Of a stretch of DNA of 54,043 nucleotides, positions 14,024 to 25,938 are shown in pieces; positions within the stretch are counted from its first letter, which is position 1; every line of letters starts with the position of its first letter. The position numbers were made by a program, and so were the translations under genes. The stretch is from Octopus bimaculoides (lineage: Eukaryota): NCBI RefSeq assembly GCF_001194135.2, contig NC_068987.1, positions 577,939 to 631,981 of the forward strand. Reading direction: 5' to 3'. Below the pieces are notes generated by a model. That model was not told where the DNA came from and made no database searches. It was given only the letters and a program-made list of their open reading frames with translations.

Positions 14024-14091
14024 TTGACTTATCAATGCCGCACACCGAACATGCGGTATGCAGTATTCGGTCTGCGGCATTAATAAGTCAA
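14024..14091 (-). ncRNA. 68-nt pre-miRNA-like hairpin (candidate)
   Basis: About 28 paired positions around a 5-nt loop. Two C/A mismatches on the plus strand become G-U pairs on the minus strand. Confidence 0.35.
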
Positions 14092-14167
14092 AACAATGAC
14101 GTAAAAAATCGATCTGTCGCTTCGAGAAAGAACATGATGTAAATTGTCTCGCTTGACTGTGACTTAC

Positions 14168-14221
14168 TTTTGGATGTCTTTTTTTTTACACCAGGCACAT
14201 AGAGAATATATTGTCTTGCAC
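14168..14221 (-). CDS. Candidate 54-nt exon of an unidentified gene
   Basis: GGTTTTTAG|...|GTAAGTC; length divisible by 3; two open frames (CKTIYSLCAWCKKKDIQ or ARQYILYVPGVKKKTSK). Confidence 0.3.
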
Positions 14222-14282
14222 CTAAAAACCGCAGCCGACCCACAAGCTAACAACACACATACCTTGTGTATAAGATAAAAAT

Positions 14283-14341
<59 letters not shown>

Positions 14342-14869
14342 ATAATAGTATAAAATAAATTATAATTAAGGGCATAGAAGAGAATATGCCTATGCTGAAA
14401 ATAGAAGCCAAATGGATTGATTTGATCAATTTCTGGCTCAGTCCAATAACTTGTCCAGATCAGCAAGACACACTTCTTGCCGATGAGGAAAAGTTATTGC
14501 ATTAATCCAGAAATTGATCAATCCATGACTAACTAATTAATGAATTTCTGAGAGCCTACTTTCTCGATTGCAACATGTTGTGTACTGTAAAAGAGATAAT
14601 TTTTAAGGAGTTGATGATTTGGCGTCTATTTTCAGCACAGGCATAGTCTCTACTATGCCCTTAATTGTAATTGTATTTTATACTATTATAAATTTATATA
14701 TACGAATTCACCTAAACAGGTCTATTTTATATGCTGGTCACTGATAAAATCTGTAACGATTCGAACCTGCGCTCTTTTTGACAGATAGGATTCAGAGGAA
14801 AAACGGAGAGAGAAAACGAATGTATAAGAATTAACGGTCGAACATGATGAAATTGCCGGAAGACAGAGG

Positions 14870-14918
<49 letters not shown>

Positions 14919-15058
14919 ATACATACATACATACACATACTCACAAAGTTGTTTCTTTAAAACACTTATAAGGATAACGACTGAGCATTTCATGATGGCA
15001 TGATTCTATACTGAGCATAGAGACACATTTGTGACGATCAAGTAGACTAGGACTTCAC

Positions 15059-15120
<62 letters not shown>

Positions 15121-15649
15121 TCTACCGATAGACGACATTGGTTAAAACGTACTCAATACCCATGTAGAGTAGCTATGATGCAAATAAAGTATTTATTTAG
15201 AATTTCATTTTCCCCTCTCAGTGTTATCTATTACTTAATTAGTAGTACTCAATTAGAAATTTGGGAGGACGAAAGAGAGATTTAGGAAACTTGGAACAGG
15301 GTGAACCGGAAATATAGTGCAAGGAATTTTGTTCGATGTTCTAACGGATCTGCTAGTCCCCTACCATCTGAGGATTTTTTTAAGGCTGTCTGAAGAGTTT
15401 GCGTGAAGTGAAACTAGAAATCACAATCAACCCTTGTATCATATAACAAATTTTACTCCAGTCCCTGTATTGTGTACTTTCACCCAGAAATATTTGCAGC
15501 TAACATTGAACAGCTCTAACTCTACTATGTAACAGACACGAATATACATTCACTTGCACACATACTCACACACACACATACATATGTATATATACATACA
15601 CACACTTACGTATAAATATATAACACAATATCAAATATGTCTAATATAC

Positions 15650-15728
<79 letters not shown>

Positions 15729-15960
15729 TAATATACATGCATACATACATATGCAAATATCTATTATATATGAATGTGTGAATATGTGTGTGTGTGTGTT
15801 TATATATATAGAGAGATTGTGATTGTTAAATAGGTGTGTGTGTGTGTGTTGGGTGTGGAGGACCGAGACATTGGAGAAGTGGGGGTGGGGAGGAAGTGAG
15901 GGAGGGAGAGGAAGTGTTAGAGTTATTATTGTGAGTTATTGATAAAGTGCTAGAATTGAG

Positions 15961-16012
15961 TATTGGCTAGATCAGATATCGATGTATCAGCTGATCTCTG
16001 GCAGCCAATCAG
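15961..16012. promoter_or_regulatory. Pair of inverted CCAAT boxes (ATTGGCT and AGCCAATCAG)
   Basis: Two NF-Y-like motifs 40 bp apart in unique sequence, upstream of splice-donor and exon candidates at 16333 and 16440. Confidence 0.3.
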
Positions 16013-16439
16013 TGCTCTCTTATCTGGCAACATCGGAAAATATCACTGATCGTATCTCGGCCTATCAAAACTGAATATCAACAAACATACTCAATGTCTT
16101 CTTCACATTTACCTCTATAATAATAATAATAATGATAATAATAATGATAATAATAATGATAATAATGCCTTCATTATCGTCTGTACCCTCTATTTCTTCT
16201 CCTCCTCCCGCTTCTTCCCTTCGTTCTCGTCTCTCTTTCTTCTCTCCTCCATTCAATTACCACTCTGCTGTATCGTATCTGATGTCTCTAATGTGTTAAT
16301 TTATTGAGTGGTGCTTATGTAAGCGCCGCGCGGTAAGGACTGAGTTTATTTCATGAAGTAGAAAGCTTACTAGACATGTATTCCGCATAAAGAGTCACTT
16401 GTTTCAGTCGTGTTACAGAACTGAACGTCTCTTCTGTAG

Positions 16440-16481
16440 GTTTGGACTTCACCTAAGCAGGGCCACTGTTTGGACAATGGG
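16440..16481 (+). CDS. Candidate 42-nt exon
   Basis: GTCTCTTCTGTAG|GTTTGG...AATGGG|GTACGT. An upstream donor CG|GTAAGG at 16333 gives a plausible 107-nt intron. Confidence 0.3.
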
Positions 16482-16559
16482 GTACGTTTTTGCTTGTGCT
16501 TTTGTTGAGGTATTGCTTAATCACATCCTGTGTTGCAATTATTAATATTGATGTCTCCA

Positions 16560-16890
16560 CTGCGACGGCGTGGTGGCAGAATCGTTATAGCGCCGGAAAA
16601 ATGCTTCGTGGAATATTTCCTGAGTTCAAATTCTCCGAGGTCCAGTTTGCCTTTCATCCTTTCGAATGAAAAGCAAACTCCGATTTCCACTCAAGATGGC
16701 AGATTCGTTTGAGCTTCAGAAAAATGCTCGACGTTATCGACTCGTTACATTCTGGGTTCAAATCCCATCGATGTCAACTTTGCTTGTCATCCCTTCGGAG
16801 GGTAGACGTTGACGTATTACTCAAATACTGGGTCGGTAATATCAACTAAGCCCCCGCCCTCAAAATTACTCACTTTGATCCTCCTCATAA
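16560..16890 (+). mobile_element. Two degraded SINE family A copies
   Basis: GGTGGCAGAATCGTTATAGCGCCGGAAAAATGC..CTGAGTTCAAATTC..GCCTTTCATCCTTTCG, then a second copy with CTGGGTTCAAATCCC..CATCCCTTCGGAG..CCCTCAAAATT. Confidence 0.7.
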
Positions 16891-17769
16891 CGATTTCCAT
16901 CCAAACAGAAATGCAGAACGGTCTTACAGGCTGTTCATAAATTATCTTGACAACTTCCAAAGTCGATTGTATTGTAACGTGTAGATGCGTTGCGTGCAAC
17001 CAATCCAGTCTACCTGGAAGTACTTTCCAATAGACTCTGCAGTTTTATCTCTTTTTCTGATTTTTGTTTCTGAATTCTTCAAATTGTAAAGGTAATTTAC
17101 GGACAACTTGTACAATGTGAACTTTTCTAACGTTCCCTTCCCCATTATATACAACGATACCTGTCATATGTTAAGGTTGTTATTTTTATATCATAGAAGC
17201 ATTAAGTGGAAAGTTGGGAGAATCGTTAGCATGCGTGACCGAACGTGTAGCGGTAGATAGATAGTTGAATGATTTCCTTTGCAAGAAAGAGCATAGAGTA
17301 ACCTCCCTTCTCTAAATGTCTGGAAGCATCGATGTCACGAAACGTAATTTTTAATTATTCAAGAAGCTTGGCGTTTCTTTTAGATGTTTCTAGAATGTCC
17401 AGCGTTCCATTAATAAAAATAGCTTGCTAACCCAGCTTTTCGCTTCTTAGTCGATTAGACTTAGAGCCATTCACGCCGCTGCTATGCCCGTCTATTTCTC
17501 TACGCTTCATAACCGATACGACTGAGAGCCATCACTTTGCTGTTGTTCTACACTTCCCATCTGTGCACTTTCTTTCGTAAGATTATTCCGTTCAACTAGT
17601 TTCTACAATTTGATTCTATGCATTTTTCACCGAAAGAAGAATTGAATATATTTTTATGTCGTAAATGTATTGATCTTATATTTATTCTTTCATCTCTATA
17701 TGAACTCTTGTGATAACATAACACGCAGCCACATCGACTCATTGTACTACCTGCAGATTTCACTACAAT

Positions 17770-17975
17770 GAACGTTTAGCGGTATGTCACACGTCTTTAC
17801 ATTCTGAGTTCAAATACGGCCGATGTCGACTTTGCCTTTCATCCTTTTAGGGTCGATAAAATGAGTACCATAAAATAATTACCAGTCAAATACTGGAGTT
17901 GATGTAATCGACTTCCTCTTCACGTCAGGAAAGGACTGCTGGCCCTGTGCCAAAATTTGAAAGTATTATTATTGT
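17770..17975 (+). mobile_element. SINE family A copy (head truncated)
   Basis: CTGAGTTCAAATACGGCCGATGTCGACTTTGCCTTTCATCCTTTTAGGGTCGATAAAATGAGTACC...GTGCCAAAATTTGAAAG followed by (TAT)n. Confidence 0.85.
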
Positions 17976-18362
17976 TATTCTATTCTGTAAATTAGAAAGA
18001 TGTTCATGTGGGGAAATTTCTCTAACAGACAACCGTACAGTTGTGTCGAGAATTTGCANNNNNNNNNNNNNNNNNNNNNNNNNNNNNNNNNNNNNNNNNN
18101 NNNNNNNNNNNNNNNNNNNNNNNNNNNNNNNNNNNNNNNNNNNNNNNNNNNNNNNNNNGGGGAAATTTCTCTAACAGACAACCGTACAGTTGTGTCGAGA
18201 ATTTGCATCTCATATTTTCACAGAAACAGCAATAAGTCCTGAATTATTGGAAATTTCACTTTACACTTTGAAGCCAGTTAAGTGTATTACGCCCGCAGTT
18301 TGTATCTAAATACTTCTTTTGGAAAAATAACTTCATACATACCTACACATGCATCCACACAC

Positions 18363-18420
<58 letters not shown>

Positions 18421-19067
18421 CCCATTATATGTATATGCATGTGTGGATATACGTGTATATATAGAAATGTATACATAAAATCATATACACAGACGTACGT
18501 ACGTACATACATACATACATACATACATACACAAGCATGCATAGATACACACATAATTGTGTATTTAAAGAAGATGATAAAATTATGTAAAATACCGGAT
18601 TCTTTGTGTTTCCATCTTTAAAAAGGAACAAATCATCGAAAATAGGTTTTCATTTCAAGATCTGCACGTATCTAGGAAAATATATTTCTGTGTGGACTCA
18701 CGTAGGTAGGCATGTGTGCTTACATATAACGACGACGCCATTGAAACAGAATACAGTTCTCGAGTACTTCAATACATACACACACATATGTACACAAATA
18801 CATAGACCTACACGCATGCATATATTTGTACATGCAGGAATATGTAGATACGTATGTATGTGTGTATTACGTATGTACGTGTGTATGTATGTATGTACAT
18901 GTGTATGTGTATGTATGTGTGTATGTATGTGTGCATGTATGTGTGTATGTGTATGTATGTAAATACACGTGGCTACAAAACAGCAAAGATATGTAGTCAC
19001 ACACACATGTATACACAAACATACACACCGTATGCTTTAGTGTGTGTATGTATGTATGTGTATATGC

Positions 19068-19141
<74 letters not shown>

Positions 19142-19407
19142 GTATATCCAGCCATACATACTCACTCACATTCAGAGATATCTAATATACACAGGCACTA
19201 ATATACACAAAGACTTGTACAGGCATGGACTGACATATATCTGCCAATGCATGTATGTGTCTGACTGTCTATCAATCAATGGGTATACTCATATATGTAT
19301 GCGTGTGTACATGTGTATCATATACATATGTATATACATATAAAAAATGTTTTCAGAATGAGATAAAAAAACCAAGGCTGTGAAGATTTTAGAACATTTA
19401 TAAATAG

Positions 19408-19455
19408 GTCTTACAGCTGTTTCCAGGATATTTATTATATCACTTCATCGGAGAC
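19408..19455 (-). ncRNA. Minimal type I hammerhead ribozyme motif (HHR-2) in a probable Penelope pLTR-like repeat
   Basis: Minus strand reads GTCT-CCGATGA-AGTGATAT-AATAA-ATATCCT-G-GAAA-C-AGCT-G-TA-AGAC. Stem I is 4 bp, the helix III loop is palindromic and the triplet is GUA. U4 is replaced by C and stem II is imperfect. Confidence 0.65.
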
Positions 19456-19886
19456 GGTGTGAGAAAATGGTTAAGCAATAGATAATTTAGATAAGATACG
19501 AAATAGAGAGTGAAGTGGAGGAATGAAAATAGATGTGAGGCATGCAGGAATATTGCGTTTGTAGATCCATTATTTAGACAGAATGGTATTCCAATGAATG
19601 GTCCTAAACGTGTCCTTCGACACAATCAACATTATCTTGATGAAAATAACATATCCAGCTTTGTAGACGATGAAAACTAGTTCGACGGATTGCTTCATGG
19701 CTGCGATTTTCCGTTCAGTACCACTGCTCAGTATCTGCGGTAACTGTCTTGAATAGCTTCTGGCCACAGAGTTTTGTGAGTGGATTTGGAAGACGAAAAA
19801 TGCGTGAAAGCCATGGATATGTATAATATAATAATATATATACATATACATACTTATCTATATGCATCTAGATGCGCGCTCGCGCG

Positions 19887-19975
<89 letters not shown>

Positions 19976-20458
19976 AAAATAAAAATAAATAATAGAAAAT
20001 GCAAAATTCTGTTTATATTGCAGTTAATTAATTCCAAAGTTCATTATTACAAAGAAATCGTTTCAGAATACAATAATATCTATTCTATATCATATCATAA
20101 ACAAAATACATTATTAGATTCAAATAATTCTAAATTCCTTATTGCATTATTTAACACTCCATTGCACATAATCAAATAAATAATTAAATATTCTGAAATA
20201 TAATTACAAACCGGTTTCACTTCATACAGAAGATATTTATTGGAACGGATGTAACGGCAACGGATGTAAGGGATAGCTCCTACCCTCGATCGATATGCAC
20301 GGCATCTATCAGAAGTAGCCTCGTTATAGACGCACTATGCAACAAGATGGGTGGTAATATGTACATTAATTGTAATTATGAACTTTGGGATAATAATTAT
20401 GAATTGTTTTATACGTATGTTCAATGAAAAACAAATATGGATATTATTTATCTATCTA

Positions 20459-20527
<69 letters not shown>

Positions 20528-21578
20528 AAGTAAAGGTATATTTATGTGCAGAGATAGATAGATAGAGAGAGTTAGTATGTGGTCTCTTGACCTGCAAGAA
20601 TCATAGGACGAACGTCCTTCAAGTGAAAAGCACACTACCACAATGGACACATTAGATAATGTAGTAATGAATAATTATAAAACAAGCCGGATGTTCACGA
20701 GTGGAGTGCCTTTGATCATAGCTTTTCTCGATCAGGACTGACTACAACAAAACCACCAAACATTCTTTGGATTCAATGTCCTGTAGCAGCAGCAGCAGCA
20801 GCAGTGGTCAAAAGCTGCCCTTAATCAAGCTATTGAGAAGTAGACTATTAAGGCGAACATATTTCACTTTCTAAGAAAGTCTCTTCGCCTCTTTCTTTAT
20901 CAATGATTCTAATCTAAATTTTAGGTAATCACCTGATATTTCATAAATTAAATATATTGTCAATATTCAGAGAAGAAATTTCATGAATAATTTCATCTTT
21001 GGCCATTATAAATCTATTCGTCGTAGAGGCTATTTTTGGTTAAGATTTAATAGTAATTTAAATATACAAGTTAACAGCGTTCTTCTTCGCCTTCCACATT
21101 TTCATTATATTTTCAAATAATCCTATTGGCTAAATTATGTGCGTGTAGTGAACTGCAACCAAGTCTCGTAATCTCCCGTGAACGACATTCTCATTATCGT
21201 TGAAATATATAATATTTGTTGTATTAAAATATCAAACTAAATCTGTATTTCATTCAACAAAGAATAACATCTTGGGATAAAAGTTAATGAAATTTATTAA
21301 AAGTAGATTTCAATTGGAAAAGATGTTGGTGTGGAGAGGAATGACAATGGTCAGAACATTCAAATAATTTGGTTAAAATCTTGATATTAGTTGCTACAGC
21401 TGTAATTGCTGTTTAACCTGAGATCGGCCTTGAATAAAATGACCCATTGTCAAATGTACAGAAGCCATGGCATCATATTTTCATTGGTTATGTACTCCAG
21501 TTACCAATATCCACCGTGACAATTTTAAAGGTTGGCGTTATTTATATACATACAAACACTGTGTACACACACACACAC

Positions 21579-21622
<44 letters not shown>

Positions 21623-21651
21623 GCACACACACACACATACGTGTGTGTGTA

Positions 21652-22889
21652 TCAGACTGAGTAAAAAATAAGCAACGTTTTGAAACATGAAATCTACCAC
21701 AATATATTTCAACAATGCGGAAGTTTTTTTCCTCAAAGTAAGTACTATTACAATCAACACAGTTTTGCCAAAGAGTTACAAGTTTGTTTACTTCGGTAAC
21801 ATAAAAATCTGGAATTCTGGAGCTGAGGAACTCTTTGAACGCACTTTCAGCATCGCTTTGATTTTTGAACTCCTTCTCTCGCAGGAAATCATCAAGGTGC
21901 TTGAAAAAGTGGTCGTCGGGAGGAGAAAGGTCTGTGGAATAAGCTGGGTGGGGGAGAACTCAGGAGCCAAGTTCCCTCAACTCCCGGAGCGTCATTCGTG
22001 AAACGTGTGGTCGGGCATTGTCAGGAAGAATGATTGGCCATTTTCTGTTGACTAGACTGGAACGGAGAAGTAGAAGTTTTTTTTAAATCCATTTTGGCAA
22101 TTTATGGAAATATGTTTCTGCAGTAACAGTTTTTCCGGGTTTTAAGAAGTTATGGTGGATGAGTCCAGTAGTACACCTCCAAACAGTCACCATAACCTTT
22201 TTGAAAAGCTCGGGTTTAGGGAAGGTTTTCAGTGCTTCATTTTGGTCCAACCAAGCGAAGAACGTTTTTTATTATTGTATAGAATCCACTCTTCATCACA
22301 AGTTACAACACTGTTGAGAAATGGATCGGTCTGGTTACAGAGGAGCGACGAGGAAATTTCATATTTGCACATTTTCTGATTTTCATTCAAATCGTGTGGT
22401 ACCCATTTGTCGAGCTTTATTGATTTTCTAATCGCATGTAAGTGGTTGCAGGCAATTTTCTGGCTAACTTGAATTTTTTTCGCCAGTTCTCGAGTGGTTT
22501 TACGTGGATCTTTCTCAATGAGGGTCATCGATGACAGATTGGCGTCCGCTACGCTCACGATCTTCAAAGCTAAGGTCTCCACTGCGAAATCGTTTAAACC
22601 ATTTCCTCACCAAACGTTTCGTTGATATCGCGAGCAGTCTCAGCTGCTTTACGTCCTTTTTTGAAGTTGAATATCAAAATTGCTCGAATATCGCGCTTTG
22701 ACTTTTCCATTTCAGATGATTGTAACAACGGCGAAAAAGCTATCGATGTTAATTTATCGATGCATTTGGCCAAATCTGTCTGTGTTGTCAGATAAGTGCA
22801 AAAACTGCTTAAAAAAATTCAAAACTCTGCAAAAATCCGGTACAAATTCTTCATGGTTCAAAACGTTACTTATTTCTTACTCAACCTGA
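21652..22889 (-). mobile_element. Mariner (DD34D) DNA transposon, near full length, both TIRs, Hsmar1/SETMAR-like
   Basis: Imperfect TIRs of about 40 bp: TCAGACTGAGTAAAAAATAAGCAACGTTTTGAAACATGA on the left and TCATGGTTCAAAACGTTACTTATTTCTTACTCAACCTGA on the right. TA on the left flank; total length about 1.24 kb. Confidence 0.92.
21727..22710 (-). pseudogene. Mariner transposase pseudogene
   Basis: MEKSKRDIRAILIFNFKKGRKAAETARDINETFG, KWVPHDL, VTCDEEWILYNN, PYSTDLSPPDDHFFKHLDDFL and WQNCVDCNSTYF. Interrupted by stops and frameshifts. Confidence 0.92.
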
Positions 22890-23084
22890 TCATATATATT
22901 TATATATAGTATATATATGTATGTATGTATATATAGTATATATATGTATGTATGTATATATGTATGTAGTATATGCTTATCGCGGGAGAGAGAGCAACCA
23001 AACCAGTTTTCTTCACCTGACGCTGACACCCTGCATGTATCATTCAATATAATACATAGTCAAAATGATTACATTCATAAATAT

Positions 23085-23935
23085 GTGTACGTGTGTGTGT
23101 GCATGCGTGTGCGCGTGTGTGTGTACGTGTGTGTGCATGTGTGTGTGTGCGTGTGTGCGTGCGTGTGTATGTGCATGTTTGCGCGTGTGTGTGTGTACGT
23201 GTGTGTGCGTGTGTTTGTGTGTACGTGTGTGTGCGTGCGTATGCGTGCGCGTGTGTGTACGTGTGTGTGCGTGTGTGTGCATTTGTGTACGCGCGTGTGT
23301 GTGCGTGTCTATGTGCATGTGTGCGCGTGTGTGTGCGTGTGTGTGCGTATGCATGCGCGTGTGTGTACGTGTGTGTGTGCGTGTGTGTGTGTATGTGCAT
23401 GTGTGCGCGCGCGCGCGCGGGGCTTTGCTTTAGGCACTCAAGTCCTAGATGAAGTGGTAGGGGCACTATGGNNNNNNNNNNNNNNNNNNNNNNNNNNNNN
23501 NNNNNNNNNNNNNNNNNNNNNNNNNNNNNNNNNNNNNNNNNNNNNNNNNNNNNNNNNNNNNNNNNNNNNNNNNNNNNNNNNNNNNNNNNNNNNNNNNNNN
23601 NNNNNNNNNNNNNNNNGTGTGTACGTGTGTGTGCATGTGTGTGTGTGCGTGTGTGCGTGCGTGTGTATGTGCATGTTTGCGCGTGTGTGTGTGTACGTGT
23701 GTGTGCGTGTGTTTGTGTGTACGTGTGTGTGCGTGTGTGTGTGTGTGTGCGTATGCGTGCGCGTGTGTGTACGTGTGTGTGCGTGTGTGTGCATTTGTGT
23801 ACGCGCGTGTGTGTGCGTGTCTATGTGCATGTGTGCGCGTGTGTGTGCGTGTGTGTGCGTATGCATGCGCGTGTGTGTACGTGTGTGTGTGCGTGTGTGT
23901 GTGTATGTGCATGTGTGCGCGCGCGCGCGCGGGGC
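23085..23935. repeat. Complex alternating purine-pyrimidine (GT/GC) tract, duplicated across an N gap
   Basis: Direct reading; 23108-23471 is repeated at 23617-23981. Confidence 0.9.
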
Positions 23936-24416
23936 TTTGCTTTAGGCACTCAAGTCCTAGATGAAGTGGTAGGGGCACTATGGTGAGATATGGCGTGTCT
24001 GTAGCAAAATACGTTTTTGACGTCCATCCATCTTGATAACAGTGGATTTCTTTCAGAAAAAGGAAGCGAAAGAGAAAAACAAGAGAATATAGTGCAGTGC
24101 AGGACTGATTGCTTATTCTATCGGAACCGCCGCAAAGATGAAAAGCAAAGTGGACCTGGGAGGAATTTGAACTCAGAACCTGAAACAATAACCAATCAAT
24201 CGCTATATATATGTATGTATGTAAGAGTGTATGTGAATGTGTGTATGTATGTATATATGTATGTATACAGAGAGAGAGACCGAGAGGGAGGGTGAGAAAG
24301 AGAGGGAGGGAGAGTCAGAGATGGGAAGAGAGAAAGTGAGAGAGAGAGATAGCCTCTCTGTGCGTGTGTGTGTGCAATTATATGTATGTATATAGAGCAA
24401 TAAATGGAAAGAACCC

Positions 24417-24461
24417 TTAGAGAGTCGGAAAAGATGTTTTGCAGTATTTCTTCGTCTCTAC
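24417..24461 (+). mobile_element. SINE family A head fragment directly joined to the 28S fragment
   Basis: TTAGAGAGTCGGAAAAGATGTTTTGCAGTATTTCTTCGTCTCTAC resembles the post-A-box head of other copies, e.g. 5670-5712 CGTCGGAGAAGACGCTTAGCGGGATCTCGTCTGTATCTAC. Confidence 0.45.
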
Positions 24462-24829
24462 ACCTCTAAGCCGGAACCGTAGCCGGACCCGAGTTGTTTT
24501 CCAAAAGCGTCTCAACCTCAAGGCGCATGCCTTAGCTCGGCGTTCGCCGTTCGCCCGTCGCGTTCACGCGCGGCGAGCGGCAGCGTCGCCGGCGGAATTG
24601 CCATTTCGGGACGTCTGCGGCGGTGGAAAAGCGGTCGGTCTTTACGTCCGGCCGCTCGCGAAGTCGTCGCCGACGTCCCCCCCCCGCCACGACTTGTTCG
24701 AAGAGATCGAGACGAAAAGGATCGCTTGCATACGACTCGACTTGCCGTTCGGAGTGACGTGCTTAGTAGAGCAGCTACCACACTGCGATCTATTGAGTCT
24801 CTTCTCGCGAACGACACGATCCGCCCCTC
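24460..24829 (+). rRNA. 28S: Dispersed 28S (LSU) rRNA 3'-terminal fragment (rDNA pseudogene)
   Basis: GC-rich island. The start ACACCTCTAAGCCGGAACC resembles conserved ACGCCTCTAAGTCAGAATCC. The end GTAGAGCAGCTACCACACTGCGATCTATTGAG matches the conserved 28S 3' helix. A GC-rich expansion segment lies between. No other rDNA is nearby. Confidence 0.85.
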
Positions 24830-25528
24830 ACCCTTTAATGTATATATATATATTATTATTATTATTAATTTGGGATTTTACCAATAGAACCGCAATTCCT
24901 ATTTCAGGATAACCTTATTGTATGGAGCACACAAAGTTATATCCAATAAAATAATATAAACATTAAAAAACCTACTATAAAATACAATAAAATTATTTGA
25001 AAAAAAATTGCATATATAACTTACCTGTTAGTCTGTGGGGAAAGAAGATCTTTTTAATCAAAGCTACACATGTTTTTTTGCGCTGCTGAGGTGCTTATCA
25101 AGGATATACCGAATACATAAATCCACCAGTGCGACCTCAGGCTATTTTTCTTATTGTTATTGTTATTAACGGATCAAAGTTAAAAATACATAAGTCGTAT
25201 TAAATAGAAAAATAAGAATATGAATAAAAATATAAGAATATATTAAAAAAAATTAAGAAAATTACCGATATATATAGGAAATGCTAAACCTCAGGAAACC
25301 CTTAACGACTATATTATAAACACATCGAATCCTACAACCTATTTATATAAACATTATTGGAATTAATAATTTAGCGAAAGATTTACCGCTATCTATACAA
25401 GTATAAATTACCATTTTTTATGTCAAACGTAAGTTAATATTTAAAAAGATTTAGTAAAAACCACTTTTTTACGTTATAAACTTATTGAATAAAACTAGTA
25501 AAAAAATTAACCAAGGAAGAGTACTTAC

Positions 25529-25573
25529 CGATATAATGCTGATTCCTCGTTCTTGTGCAAATGGCTGCTCCCT
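25529..25573 (-). CDS. Candidate 45-nt exon of an unidentified gene
   Basis: AATTTTTCAG|AGGGAGCAG...ATATCG|GTAAGTAC; length divisible by 3; all three frames open. Confidence 0.35.
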
Positions 25574-25938
25574 CTGAAAAATTCTCTAAGACTAATAATA
25601 TTAGAAAGGTTGAATTCAAGGGGAGATAATAACTAGATGCTCTTAAATCTAGTTGTAACTGGATTGTTTTAGTGTTTAAGATTTAGAGATTTCAGTTAGA
25701 TTAAATGTAGCCTGTCTATTCCTTTTAAGGTAGTATTCTTTAATAAATTCTTGGTACCTGTTATATCAGTATGTAATGCTACTATAACATTCTATTATAA
25801 CTACATTTTTAACTATCTTCCTCATAATGTTTAAAAGATTATGTACATCGTTTTATGTTTATTCTAACTTGTAAAGGTTTATATTTTTTATTAATTGACA
25901 TTTTTTATGTGTCAGGTTCTATATGAGACTGTTTAATC

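Noticed and set aside
20205-20235. Minus-strand CTGTATGA-AGT-GAAACCGGTTT hammerhead-like remnant
   Set aside because: The core has an insertion and stem II is absent; too degenerate to call.
24439-24912. GC-rich 157-aa and 99-aa ORFs
   Set aside because: Explained by the 28S rRNA fragment. GC-rich rRNA sequence lacks stop codons by composition.
24850-25900. AT-rich tract as a possible mitochondrial insertion (NUMT)
   Set aside because: No recognisable mitochondrial protein, tRNA or rRNA motif.
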